A stretch of 64,000 bases of DNA from an uncultured Oscillospiraceae bacterium. Lineage in GTDB: Bacteria > Bacillota > Clostridia > Oscillospirales > Ruminococcaceae. The position numbers and the translations under genes are program-made. Below are positions 8,464 through 17,059 of this stretch, piece by piece (positions within the stretch are counted from its first letter, which is position 1; every line of letters starts with the position of its first letter). A model generated the notes under the pieces. That model worked only from the letters and a program-made list of their open reading frames with translations, was not told the origin of the DNA and made no database searches. Where the stretch lies: assembly GCA_934488695.1 (NCBI GenBank), contig CAKSSH010000001.1, positions 7,476 through 71,475 on the forward strand, given 5' to 3'.

Positions 8464-9372
8464 ATGTCGGATAAACGGAGCGTTTTTAATAAAAAAAGCA
8501 AAACTTACGCGGTGCGGCTTAACAGCACCTTGACAGCCTTGTCGGCACTGGCTCTTTTTTTGTCTGTTGCCTTGATTCTGTCTGTGGTATGGCTGTTTTC
8601 CGGCAATGCCTCCGATAAGAATATTATTGCGGTCCGGCCGGATGCGTCGGACTTGGTGTCCTCGGAGAAGGTTGTCTCGACAGACAGCTCCGGAGCGGCT
8701 TCATCTGTTTCTTCCAAAACTGCGGTTTCTTCTAAGCTTCCGCCGGATCCCAATCGGTTTTCAATGCCGCTCGGCGAGTCCGATATGCGCGAAACAGCGT
8801 ATTTTGCCGACGCAGTCTTTGTGGGCGATTCTATTACGACGGGAATTGACCTGTATTCGGCCTTGACCGGCACTAAGGTTATTGCATCCACCGGCATCAA
8901 CCTGGAAACGGTACTGACTGCCAAATCGGTTCGCAATCAGGCCGGCGAAAAAGTAACGATTCCGGAGGCCGTCCGTGCGGCGGCGCCGTCCAAAATCTAT
9001 CTGATGCTGGGAACCAACGGAATCGACTGGATGAGCTTGGATGCGATGATAGAACAGTACGAAAAAGTGCTGGATGTTTTGCAAAAAGATAATCCCAAAG
9101 CAATTTTTTATTTGCAATCTTTGCCGCCGGTCACGCAGGAAAAGGCGAAGAAATCCAGCGGGCTAACGCTTGCTAATATTAAAACCTTTAACAGCCGGCT
9201 TCTGAAGCTTGCTGAGAAAAGAAAAATGTATTTTGTGGATGTATACAGTGCCATTGCCTCCCCGGATGGGTACCTTTCACCTCAGATGAGTACGGATGGT
9301 GTGCATTTCAAATCCGAGCTTTACACAGCATGGATTGAATATGTACGTCGGCATACCTCGAGATACGAATAA
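8464..9372 (+). CDS. membrane-anchored SGNH/GDSL-family hydrolase
   Basis: ATG at 8464 follows GAGGGAG. N-terminal TM (LSALALFLSVALILSVVWLF), Ser-rich linker, then SGNH blocks FVGDSITTG, LMLGTNG and DGVHF. Confidence 0.8.
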   Translation: MSDKRSVFNKKSKTYAVRLNSTLTALSALALFLSVALILSVVWLFSGNASDKNIIAVRPDASDLVSSEKVVSTDSSGAASSVSSKTAVSSKLPPDPNRFSMPLGESDMRETAYFADAVFVGDSITTGIDLYSALTGTKVIASTGINLETVLTAKSVRNQAGEKVTIPEAVRAAAPSKIYLMLGTNGIDWMSLDAMIEQYEKVLDVLQKDNPKAIFYLQSLPPVTQEKAKKSSGLTLANIKTFNSRLLKLAEKRKMYFVDVYSAIASPDGYLSPQMSTDGVHFKSELYTAWIEYVRRHTSRYE

Positions 9373-9386
9373 AGGAGGGCGTTTTT

Positions 9387-9857
9387 ATGAAAAAAACAGC
9401 TTTAATATTGACCTTGATTATGGGACTGCTTGCAGTTTTGTGCTGCGGCTGCGGCAAAAAAGAAGGAAAAACGCCGGACACGGCCGCTGTTGCGGACGCC
9501 ATTGAGAAATCCGGCAGCTTTGATGAGTTGATCGACCTTACCGACGATAACATTGCCCGTCGGTATTACGGGCTGGATTTAGACGCGGTCGACAGCTATA
9601 CGGTGCGGGTTTGTTCCAGCGGTGCGCTGGCGGATGAAATTGCCGTTTTTAAAATGAAAAAGCACCAAGATGTCGAGGATATGCTGGAGGTGCTCAAGGA
9701 GCGCAAGCAAGAGCTGTACGACAGCTTTGTGGATTATGTCCCTACCGAGACCGATAAGATCAACAATGCCATTATCGGGTCGAATGGGAATTATGTTTAT
9801 CTGATTGTTTGCACCGACCGCAGCAGTGCAAAAACCGCGGCGGAAAACTGTTTTTAA
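9387..9857 (+). CDS. DUF4358-type lipoprotein
   Basis: Lipobox VLCCGCG. Sequence resembles the DUF4358 family as I recall it (DDNIARRYYGLD, ADEIAVFKMK). Lies 14 nt after the SGNH gene. Confidence 0.65.
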   Translation: MKKTALILTLIMGLLAVLCCGCGKKEGKTPDTAAVADAIEKSGSFDELIDLTDDNIARRYYGLDLDAVDSYTVRVCSSGALADEIAVFKMKKHQDVEDMLEVLKERKQELYDSFVDYVPTETDKINNAIIGSNGNYVYLIVCTDRSSAKTAAENCF

Positions 9858-9889
9858 AACATAATGAGCATCAAAGAGACGGGAACAAG

Positions 9890-11287
9890 ATGAAAAAAAT
9901 CGTTCGGAATTTCGGTCGGTCGCTTTATTATTTGGATGCGCTTTGTGAGATTGCGTTGATTTCTACTGTTTTTGTTGTGGCGTTGAAAGACTGGTTTTGC
10001 CACGGCAGCGTGCCGATTGATAATCACGCGACCATTGTGCCGATTGTTATTTTCTCAGCGCTTTTTCTGTATATGACCGGCTCCTTTGACGTCACGAAAA
10101 AGCGTGCGCTGGAGCTTATAGTGACAGGTGCAGCGTCAGTGCTGCTCAGTGACCTAGCCGCACTTGTAATTATCAGGACGTATTCGTTTGTATGGTTTAC
10201 GGCGACGGACTTGTTTTTGACTATTCTGCTGCAGCTTGTCGCTGTGGCGGTATGGGCCAGCATTTCGCGGCTGATTTACCGTGCTTTTAAAAAACCGCAG
10301 CGCGCCGTTGTGGTTTGTTATGATTTGGAAAATATCGATAGCTATATCCAAAAAATTCGCGGCTATGCCGATAAGTATAACATTACTGAGATCATCAGTT
10401 ATGAGGACGCAAACCTTTATTATGCCATATGTCAGAGCGAAGCGGTTTTTTTGCTGGATCTTTCAAGCAAAAAGCGGGAAAAGGTGGCACAGTACTGTCT
10501 GGCGCTTAATAAGAATATTTATATACTGCCGGAGCTTTATGAGATTGCCGTTCGCAATTCAAATTTGGTCCAAATTGATGATATTCCGTTCTTTTCCTGC
10601 AAGCCAATGACGCTGACGATGGAAGAAAAACTGATAAAGCGGTTGTTTGACATAGTTTTTTCGCTGATTGCCATTGTGTTGACGTCGCCGGTTATGCTTA
10701 CGATCGCCTGTCTTATCAAACATGATGACGGCGGTAAAGTCTTTTATAAGCAGGATCGAATCACCGAGAATTACAGGCCTTTTAAGGTCTTAAAATTTCG
10801 GACCATGGTGGAAAACGCCGAGCAGCTGAGCGGGGCGACATTGTCTGTAAAAGAGGATCCTCGGGTGACCAAAATCGGCAAAAAATTGCGGGCTGTCCGA
10901 CTTGATGAGCTGCCACAGCTGTTTAATATTCTGATTGGGGATATGAGCTTTGTCGGCCCGCGTCCCGAAAGAGATATTTTTATACAGGAATATGTGAAAA
11001 CGGTCCCTGAGTTTGTATACCGGCTGAATGTTAAGGCCGGCCTGACCGGTCTTGCACAGGTTCGCGGCAAGTATAACACCACTCCGCAGGACAAACTCAA
11101 GATGGATCTTTTGTATATCAATGATTTTTCCTTTTTAAACGACTTAAAAATCTGTTTTTTGACGCTGAAAGTCCTTTTTTCAAAAGAAAGCACCGAGGGA
11201 ATAGACGGAACGGTTCAAAACGAAAAAACCTTTCGGCAGCAAAACGAGCAGTCTGAAAAGAACGGAGCGGAGGAGTCCGGTGAATAA
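9890..11287 (+). CDS. polyprenyl-phosphate glycosyl-1-phosphate transferase (bacterial sugar transferase, WbaP/EpsL-like)
   Basis: ATG at 9890. N-terminal TM bundle plus a Rossmann-like region. C-terminal Bac_transf motifs KVLKFRTM, DELPQLFNILIGDMSFVGPRP and KMDLLYI. Confidence 0.85.
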   Translation: MKKIVRNFGRSLYYLDALCEIALISTVFVVALKDWFCHGSVPIDNHATIVPIVIFSALFLYMTGSFDVTKKRALELIVTGAASVLLSDLAALVIIRTYSFVWFTATDLFLTILLQLVAVAVWASISRLIYRAFKKPQRAVVVCYDLENIDSYIQKIRGYADKYNITEIISYEDANLYYAICQSEAVFLLDLSSKKREKVAQYCLALNKNIYILPELYEIAVRNSNLVQIDDIPFFSCKPMTLTMEEKLIKRLFDIVFSLIAIVLTSPVMLTIACLIKHDDGGKVFYKQDRITENYRPFKVLKFRTMVENAEQLSGATLSVKEDPRVTKIGKKLRAVRLDELPQLFNILIGDMSFVGPRPERDIFIQEYVKTVPEFVYRLNVKAGLTGLAQVRGKYNTTPQDKLKMDLLYINDFSFLNDLKICFLTLKVLFSKESTEGIDGTVQNEKTFRQQNEQSEKNGAEESGE

Positions 11288-12290
11288 GCTGAAATATTTG
11301 GCCGCACGAATTCGCGGAATGGATTTTAAAAATATGATGCGCCAGGCGCGGGTGGTCCGAAAACGGACCGGCCGCCCCTGCTTTATAACGCTTGTTGATA
11401 TGATTTATTGCGGTTTTCGCTACATGGCCGGCTACATGGATTATGTGGTTTTTGAGTTTTATCGGCTCAATCGCGCTCAGCGTAAAACGCAAATTACGCG
11501 CGGCATGAATAATGCGCTGGTTCGTCGGTTTAATGCGCCGGACAGCTTTCATAAATTCGACCGAAAAAACGAGTTCAACGAAATCTTTGCCGACTGTCTG
11601 CATCGGGATTGGCTGGATCTTTCTTCGGCAGATGAGGCCGCATTGCAAGCATTTTGCGGCCGTCACGCCGAAATAATTGTCAAGCCCTGTGACGGAGCCT
11701 GCGGGAAAGGGATAGAAAAGCTGAAGATCTCGGATTTTTCGGACCCGGAAAGCTTGCGGCAACACTGTCTGCAGACGGGGCAGACGGTTGCCGAGCAAAT
11801 TATTGTGCAGCACTCAAAGCTCAATGAGTTGTTTGCGGGGTGCGTTAATACGGTGCGTATGGTCACAATTACACATAACGGAAAAGTGCATGTTGTTTTT
11901 TGCGCTATCCGCATCGGCGCCGGAAACACCCTGGTGGATAATTTAAACAGCGGAGGGATGGCGGCATTAGTGGACGTGGATACCGGCTGTATCAAGACCG
12001 ACGCTGCAGATAAAAACGGTGTTGTGTACCAAAAACATCCGGACACCGGGACTGTTATTCAAGGCTTTGAAATCCCGTTCTTTCGAGAGGGGCGCGCAAT
12101 GGTTGAACAGGCTGCGCTTCGAGTGCCGGAGATAGCCTATGTCGGCTGGGATATTGCGTTCCAGCAGGACGGGCCGTTGCTTATTGAGGGGAATCATTTC
12201 CCGGGGCATGATATTTACGGTATGCCGGCTCTTACGCCGGACGGTTACGGCTTTTGGCCGCAGTTTCAGGCGGCAATTGCCGAGGATTGA
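11280..12290 (+). CDS. sugar-transfer associated ATP-grasp family protein (predicted amidoligase)
   Basis: The GTG start overlaps the transferase stop by 8 nt. The N-terminus (FITLVDMIYCGFRYMAGYMDYVVFEFY...RKTQITRG) and ATP-grasp core (IVKPCDGACGKGIEK, LIEGNHFPG) fit the ATPgrasp_ST family. Confidence 0.7.
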   Translation: MNKLKYLAARIRGMDFKNMMRQARVVRKRTGRPCFITLVDMIYCGFRYMAGYMDYVVFEFYRLNRAQRKTQITRGMNNALVRRFNAPDSFHKFDRKNEFNEIFADCLHRDWLDLSSADEAALQAFCGRHAEIIVKPCDGACGKGIEKLKISDFSDPESLRQHCLQTGQTVAEQIIVQHSKLNELFAGCVNTVRMVTITHNGKVHVVFCAIRIGAGNTLVDNLNSGGMAALVDVDTGCIKTDAADKNGVVYQKHPDTGTVIQGFEIPFFREGRAMVEQAALRVPEIAYVGWDIAFQQDGPLLIEGNHFPGHDIYGMPALTPDGYGFWPQFQAAIAED

Positions 12291-12315
12291 TATTTCGGAC
12301 GGTTTGTAGTATAAT
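12287..12315 (+). promoter_or_regulatory. candidate internal sigma-A promoter in front of the PASTA pseudokinase gene
   Basis: TTGATA (12287-12292, overlapping the ATP-grasp stop), a 17-nt spacer, then TATAAT (12310-12315). Confidence 0.5.
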
Positions 12316-12358
12316 TTAGGTGCAAAAAACGGTTTCAGAGAACAGGAGTGAGCAATAC

Positions 12359-14041
12359 ATGAATCCGGAAAATCTTTGTATGGGATGCATGCGTGAAAAA
12401 GGAGAAGGCGTTGTTAAATGCCTGCGTTGCGGTTATGTGGACGGTTCTCCCTATTTGCCTGCTTATTTGGCGCCGCGCACCGTACTGCAGGAGCGGTATC
12501 TTGTCGGAAAGGTACTCTCCTATAACGGCTGCGGTGCAACTTATATTGCCTATGACGCAATCATGAATTGCAAGGTCAAAATCCGGGAATATATGCCGGA
12601 AAATCTGGCCTCTCGCGAAAAGGGCAGTCCGGCAGTCCGGGTCAACACCGGCAGTGAGATTCAATATAAATCCCTGAAAATGGATTTCTTGGAGCTTTCG
12701 CAGCGTTTGATGAAGCTGGGAACGCTTACAGAAGTGGAACATGTGCTGGGCGTTTTTGAGGCGAATAATACCGCATATGCAGTATTAGAGTTTGTTGAAG
12801 GGATGACCTTGACAGAGTTTTTGAAGAAGAACGGCGGGTATTTGTCTTGGGAGGACACACGGCAGCTGTTTATGCCGCTGCTTTCCTGCCTGAATGCAAT
12901 ACATAATTGCGAATTGCTGCACCGCGGCATCAGCCCGGAGACGATTTTGGTCGACCGAAGCGGCAATCTTAAGCTGACTTCTTTTGATATTGCCCCTGCT
13001 CGGACGGCTCGCAGTGAGTTGGTAGCACAGCTTTATGCCGGTTATGCGGCGCCTGAGCAATACACCTCCAGCGCATGGCAGGATACCTATACGGATGTTT
13101 ATGCTATTGCCGCAACTATTTATCGTACCCTGACCGGTACAATGCCGGTGGAAACACTTTCCCGGGTCGCAAATGACAATTTGGTTTCGGCCAGCACGTT
13201 GAATCAAAGTATTCCTAAAAATGTTTCCAATGCGTTGACGGCGGCTATGCAGTTGTCGCCCGAAAAGCGCACGCAAACGGTCGGAGAGCTGATTGCGGAG
13301 CTGTCTCAGGTGATGGACTTCGGTGATGGCTCGGAGAATCCGCAGGCGGAAGCACCTGTGGTGAAAGAAAAAGAAAAAGACAAGAAAAACGGCGCACGAT
13401 ATGCTGCGATTTCGGTCGCGATCAGCGCACCGGTGTTGATTTTGATCATCGTTGTTTTAATGTTGACTCTTTTTCCGCGAAAAAAACCGAGTAATGTTTC
13501 CAGTAAAGGGCTTTCTTCGATTTCGGTTAGCTCGGAAAGCTCGTCGTCCGAGACCTCTTCCAAGACGCGATTTTTGTATGCAGTCCCGTCTTTTGTGAGC
13601 CGGAATGTCGATGCTATTATTAATGACACGGATTATACTGAAAAATACAAATTTAAAACAGTATATGACTATAACGAGGAGTACGCGGAGGGAACTGTTG
13701 TTGAGCAGTCGGTCGAGGCCGGTACGCCGGTTGAAAGCAACGGAACCGAAATCACGCTGACCGTCAGCCGCGGCTCTAAATGGCGGGTGTTGCCGGATTT
13801 GGTCGGTAGAAATGTCGACTATGCTAAGGACACCCTCAATGATAAATTTATCCGTTATGAGGTCGAGACGCTGACAGGGACCTACGGGGATCCGCAGGTG
13901 GTTGCGAAAATGAGCAAGGAAGAAGGAACGCGCCTTGATATTTCACAGGGACAGACTGTGATTTTATATGTTTATGAAGCGCTTCCGTCGTCGTCCTCCA
14001 GCTCAAAGCCCGATACTGATTGGGTAAACGACCTGCAATAA
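12359..14041 (+). CDS. zinc-ribbon / protein-kinase-like / PASTA-domain membrane protein with degenerate catalytic motifs (predicted pseudokinase)
   Basis: ATG at 12359 follows AGGAG. N-terminal CxxC-x11-CxxC. Kinase fold with HRGISPETIL in place of HRDxKPxN and SFD in place of DFG, while APE is kept. One TM (ISVAISAPVLILIIVVLMLTLF), a Ser-rich linker and two PASTA-like repeats. Confidence 0.8.
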   Translation: MNPENLCMGCMREKGEGVVKCLRCGYVDGSPYLPAYLAPRTVLQERYLVGKVLSYNGCGATYIAYDAIMNCKVKIREYMPENLASREKGSPAVRVNTGSEIQYKSLKMDFLELSQRLMKLGTLTEVEHVLGVFEANNTAYAVLEFVEGMTLTEFLKKNGGYLSWEDTRQLFMPLLSCLNAIHNCELLHRGISPETILVDRSGNLKLTSFDIAPARTARSELVAQLYAGYAAPEQYTSSAWQDTYTDVYAIAATIYRTLTGTMPVETLSRVANDNLVSASTLNQSIPKNVSNALTAAMQLSPEKRTQTVGELIAELSQVMDFGDGSENPQAEAPVVKEKEKDKKNGARYAAISVAISAPVLILIIVVLMLTLFPRKKPSNVSSKGLSSISVSSESSSSETSSKTRFLYAVPSFVSRNVDAIINDTDYTEKYKFKTVYDYNEEYAEGTVVEQSVEAGTPVESNGTEITLTVSRGSKWRVLPDLVGRNVDYAKDTLNDKFIRYEVETLTGTYGDPQVVAKMSKEEGTRLDISQGQTVILYVYEALPSSSSSSKPDTDWVNDLQ

Positions 14042-14059
14042 AAAGGTTTTCATAGTGGT

Positions 14060-14094
14060 ATGCCGCCGGCGCCTTGACGCCGGCGGCATTTTTT
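14060..14094 (+). terminator. intrinsic terminator ending the envelope cluster
   Basis: Perfect 12-bp stem ATGCCGCCGGCG / CGCCGGCGGCAT with a 6-nt loop, followed by TTTTTT. Confidence 0.75.
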
Positions 14095-14110
14095 GAAAAG
14101 GAGGGGGACA

Positions 14111-14848
14111 ATGCAGCACTATAATTATGAAGAAATTGAACGGTGCAGCATGGAAATACAAAAAGACCTGATAGCCCTTTCAGATGCTGGATACCGGGAG
14201 TTTCAGGCAAGGCTGATCCCGACAGTTGATAAAGAAAAAATTCTCGGCGTCCGGATACCGCAATTGCGCCGATACGCAAAAACGCTTTCCTCGGAGCAGA
14301 CGGAGCTTTTTTTGAGTGTGCTGCCGCATAATTATTATGAAGAAAATTGCCTGCATGGTCTGTTGATAGAACAAATTTACGATTTTGACGCCTGTGTTGT
14401 CGCGCTGCGGCGATTTTTGCCATACGTGGATAATTGGGCAACTTGTGATATCATCTCTCCTCGGATTTTTGCTCAAAATAAAGCGGCGTTGTTGCCGGTG
14501 ATGAAAGCGGGGCTTACCGAAAAATCGGTTTATGCGGTGCGTTTTTGGCTTCGGATGTTAATGATTTATTTTTTAAAGGATGATTTTCAGGCGAGTTTTT
14601 TCGACTGGGTAGCTGCGGTGCGGCGTGGAGATTATTATTTGTATATGATGGTTGCATGGTATTTTGCAACGGCACTTGCTTATCAGCCGGAAAGTGCCTT
14701 TGCTTTTTTATCTACCGACCAATTAGATGCCCGGACACGTCGCAAGGCAATTCAAAAGGCGTTGGAAAGCAATCGGGTGTCCTTGGAGATGAAAGAAAAG
14801 CTTCGTGCGCTGCGCGCACAAATCGGCTTGTGCGCACAGGAAGAATGA
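14111..14848 (+). CDS. DNA alkylation repair protein (AlkD-like HEAT-repeat family)
   Basis: ATG at 14111 follows AAGGAGGGGG. Motifs YREFQARLIPT, LGVRIPQLRRYAK and VDNWATCD are typical of the DNA_alkylation family. Confidence 0.7.
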   Translation: MQHYNYEEIERCSMEIQKDLIALSDAGYREFQARLIPTVDKEKILGVRIPQLRRYAKTLSSEQTELFLSVLPHNYYEENCLHGLLIEQIYDFDACVVALRRFLPYVDNWATCDIISPRIFAQNKAALLPVMKAGLTEKSVYAVRFWLRMLMIYFLKDDFQASFFDWVAAVRRGDYYLYMMVAWYFATALAYQPESAFAFLSTDQLDARTRRKAIQKALESNRVSLEMKEKLRALRAQIGLCAQEE

Positions 14849-15055
14849 TAACGTTGTATAAGCTAAATTGCCTCTGCCGGTTGGACACAGAAGGGATATA
14901 AGATTGCACGCAAACCTAACTTAAAAAACACGCAGAAAAAGGGTTTAAAGGCAACCCGCAATGAAAATTTCGCAAGCAAAAACAGCGTGTTTTGTACATA
15001 TATAAAGCTTATGGCGATTGCTTGTGCGAAAAATGGTATGGCAGCGTATAAAAAT

Positions 15056-15089
15056 AAAAGCCCCGGCGCGTGAATCGCGCCGGGGTTTT
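15056..15089. terminator. bidirectional intrinsic terminator
   Basis: Perfect 10-bp GC stem CCCCGGCGCG / CGCGCCGGGG with loop TGAAT, flanked by AAAAG on the 5' side and TTTT on the 3' side. Sits between convergent genes. Confidence 0.7.
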
Positions 15090-15096
15090 CGGCCAT

Positions 15097-15933
15097 TTAG
15101 GCTTCCCGGTAAAAAAACAGGGCACAGCGAAACAGAAAAACAGACAAAGTCAAATCAACAAAATGCATAAACACATCTGAGCCGCCGACGCTTTCAGATC
15201 CGCAAACAAAGCAAAAAATGGCCGGTATTGACAAAACAAAGCCCAGCACAATGGTGATGGGTGTAACGATATGAAAGAGACGCAGCCCTTTTTTTCGGTC
15301 GACGTCGGAAAAAACACGCGCCGCAGACAAAATGCTAATCAGCAGCATACAAAGATAAAGAATGTCGAGCAGATTTTTTGAAATATAAAACAGAGTGGTA
15401 AAGCTGACAAAATCACGCAGGATACGAAAAATAACCCACGCAGCTATTACGAGGCAAAGGCCTGACTGACCGATATGCTGATTTTCAATCAAAAAAGAGA
15501 GCATTAAAAAGAAAATCAAGCTGGCTGCCGAAAGCAGAGTTGTCATAACAGCAAAAAGAGTTATGTTTGCGTTAGGGTTGTCGGTGGGCATGGGGTTTGC
15601 AAGCCGAAAGATTTCATAAAAAGTGTTGACGGCAAAGCCGACAGTCATCATTGCAAACAAGGGACGCTGGTTTGCAAGCGGAGCGAAATCATAATTAAGA
15701 TTTACCGGAAGCACTGCGCGACGCTTCAAAACAAACTGCCAGCAAACGCCGAATAATAAAGCCGCTGCCAGCAGAATCAAAAGCAGCACCCGGTCGGCTG
15801 CGCTGCGGCTTTTGTAAAAACCGGTGGATGGGTCTATATTTGCATAAAGGGTTAGAGTCCGCAGGGAAATTGCCAGTAGAGAAATTATAGAAACAGTTAA
15901 AAAATAGCTTTTTTTGCAAAGCAGGTTTTTCAA
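15097..15933 (-). CDS. hypothetical polytopic membrane protein
   Basis: 278 aa with about 8 hydrophobic segments. TTG start follows AGGAG. I recognise no family. Coding call rests on ORF length, RBS and terminator. Confidence 0.5.
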   Translation of the reverse strand: MKNLLCKKSYFLTVSIISLLAISLRTLTLYANIDPSTGFYKSRSAADRVLLLILLAAALLFGVCWQFVLKRRAVLPVNLNYDFAPLANQRPLFAMMTVGFAVNTFYEIFRLANPMPTDNPNANITLFAVMTTLLSAASLIFFLMLSFLIENQHIGQSGLCLVIAAWVIFRILRDFVSFTTLFYISKNLLDILYLCMLLISILSAARVFSDVDRKKGLRLFHIVTPITIVLGFVLSIPAIFCFVCGSESVGGSDVFMHFVDLTLSVFLFRCALFFYREA

Positions 15934-16138
15934 GATGACATCTCCTAAATAAGTGAATAAATTTCAAAAAAGGGAACCAAAAAGCTTGCGTGGCAGGTCT
16001 TTTCGGAATTCATCTGGCATACATTAAAAAAAGACAGCTTGTCTGTCAGGACTTAAAATATACTATGGTTATTTTAAAACAAAACGGCGGTAAAGTCAAG
16101 AGCGAATACTGCCGAATCCGTGCGAAGGAAGAGGTTTT

Positions 16139-17059
16139 ATGAAGGCAATGCTGCAAAAAAGTCTAACAATACTGCTGCTCATTACCCTTCTGCCGCTAAC
16201 AGCCTTTGTGTTCCAATCAAATAACAAAAATGGACGCCGTTTCAAAATCTATGATAAGACTTGGCAAAAAACACTGCAGCTGTCGGCCAAGGAGTATGTG
16301 CTTGGAGCATTATGCTGTGAAATGCCGCCAACCTTTCATTCGCAAGCATTGATTGCACAGGCGGTGGCAATCTACACAAATGCGTTACGAAGCCAAAGCG
16401 CCGGCGAGGATATTGTGACAACGGCAGAGAGCGGGAAATATATCGGTTACGCTGCACCGGAACAATTTCAAGATCGGTGGGGAAAACGGTATACGCAGTA
16501 TCGACAAAAGATGTGTAATGCGGTTGAACAAGCACTTTATAAGGTCATTACCTATGACGGGAAACCGATTTTAGCGGCATATCATGCCATGTCCGGCGGT
16601 AAAACAGAGGCGGCGGAAAATGTTTGGGGCCAGGCGGTGCCGTATCTTACGGCGGTTGAAAGTGAAGGGGATTTGTTTTGCAGTCAGTATGAAACAATCG
16701 TTACGCTGCCGACACAAAAAGCACGAGAAATGCTGACAAGCGCTTATGAAAATATTAAGCTGCCCGAGAATGATGCACAGTTGCTGACGCAGATTGAAAC
16801 CTCTCCGTCCGGCACTGTGCTACAGGTGATGGCGGGAAACACCAAAATTCGAGGGCAACAGCTACGGACGCTTTTTTCGCTGCGAAGTGCAGTCTTTACC
16901 GTGTCTGTTTCCGACGGGAAATTGACTTTTACGGTGCACGGCTACGGACATGGGGTTGGTCTCAGTCAATATGGCGCGGATTTTATGGCGCGGCAAGGGG
17001 CCGATTATCGTGCGATACTTGCGCATTATTATTCCGGGACAGAATTAATGCAGTCTTAA
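16139..17059 (+). CDS. spoIID: stage II sporulation protein D (SpoIID/LytB domain)
   Basis: Motifs AQAVAIYTNA, AYHAMSGGKTEAAENVWG and GHGVGLSQYGADFMARQG, plus an N-terminal signal/TM segment. Confidence 0.85.
   Translation: MKAMLQKSLTILLLITLLPLTAFVFQSNNKNGRRFKIYDKTWQKTLQLSAKEYVLGALCCEMPPTFHSQALIAQAVAIYTNALRSQSAGEDIVTTAESGKYIGYAAPEQFQDRWGKRYTQYRQKMCNAVEQALYKVITYDGKPILAAYHAMSGGKTEAAENVWGQAVPYLTAVESEGDLFCSQYETIVTLPTQKAREMLTSAYENIKLPENDAQLLTQIETSPSGTVLQVMAGNTKIRGQQLRTLFSLRSAVFTVSVSDGKLTFTVHGYGHGVGLSQYGADFMARQGADYRAILAHYYSGTELMQS

Noticed and set aside
12320-12358. GTG 12320 as the start of the PASTA protein
   Set aside because: There is no RBS, and the codon lies at or before the predicted TSS of the TTGATA-17-TATAAT promoter (12287-12315). 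The ATG at 12359 has AGGAG 10 nt upstream.
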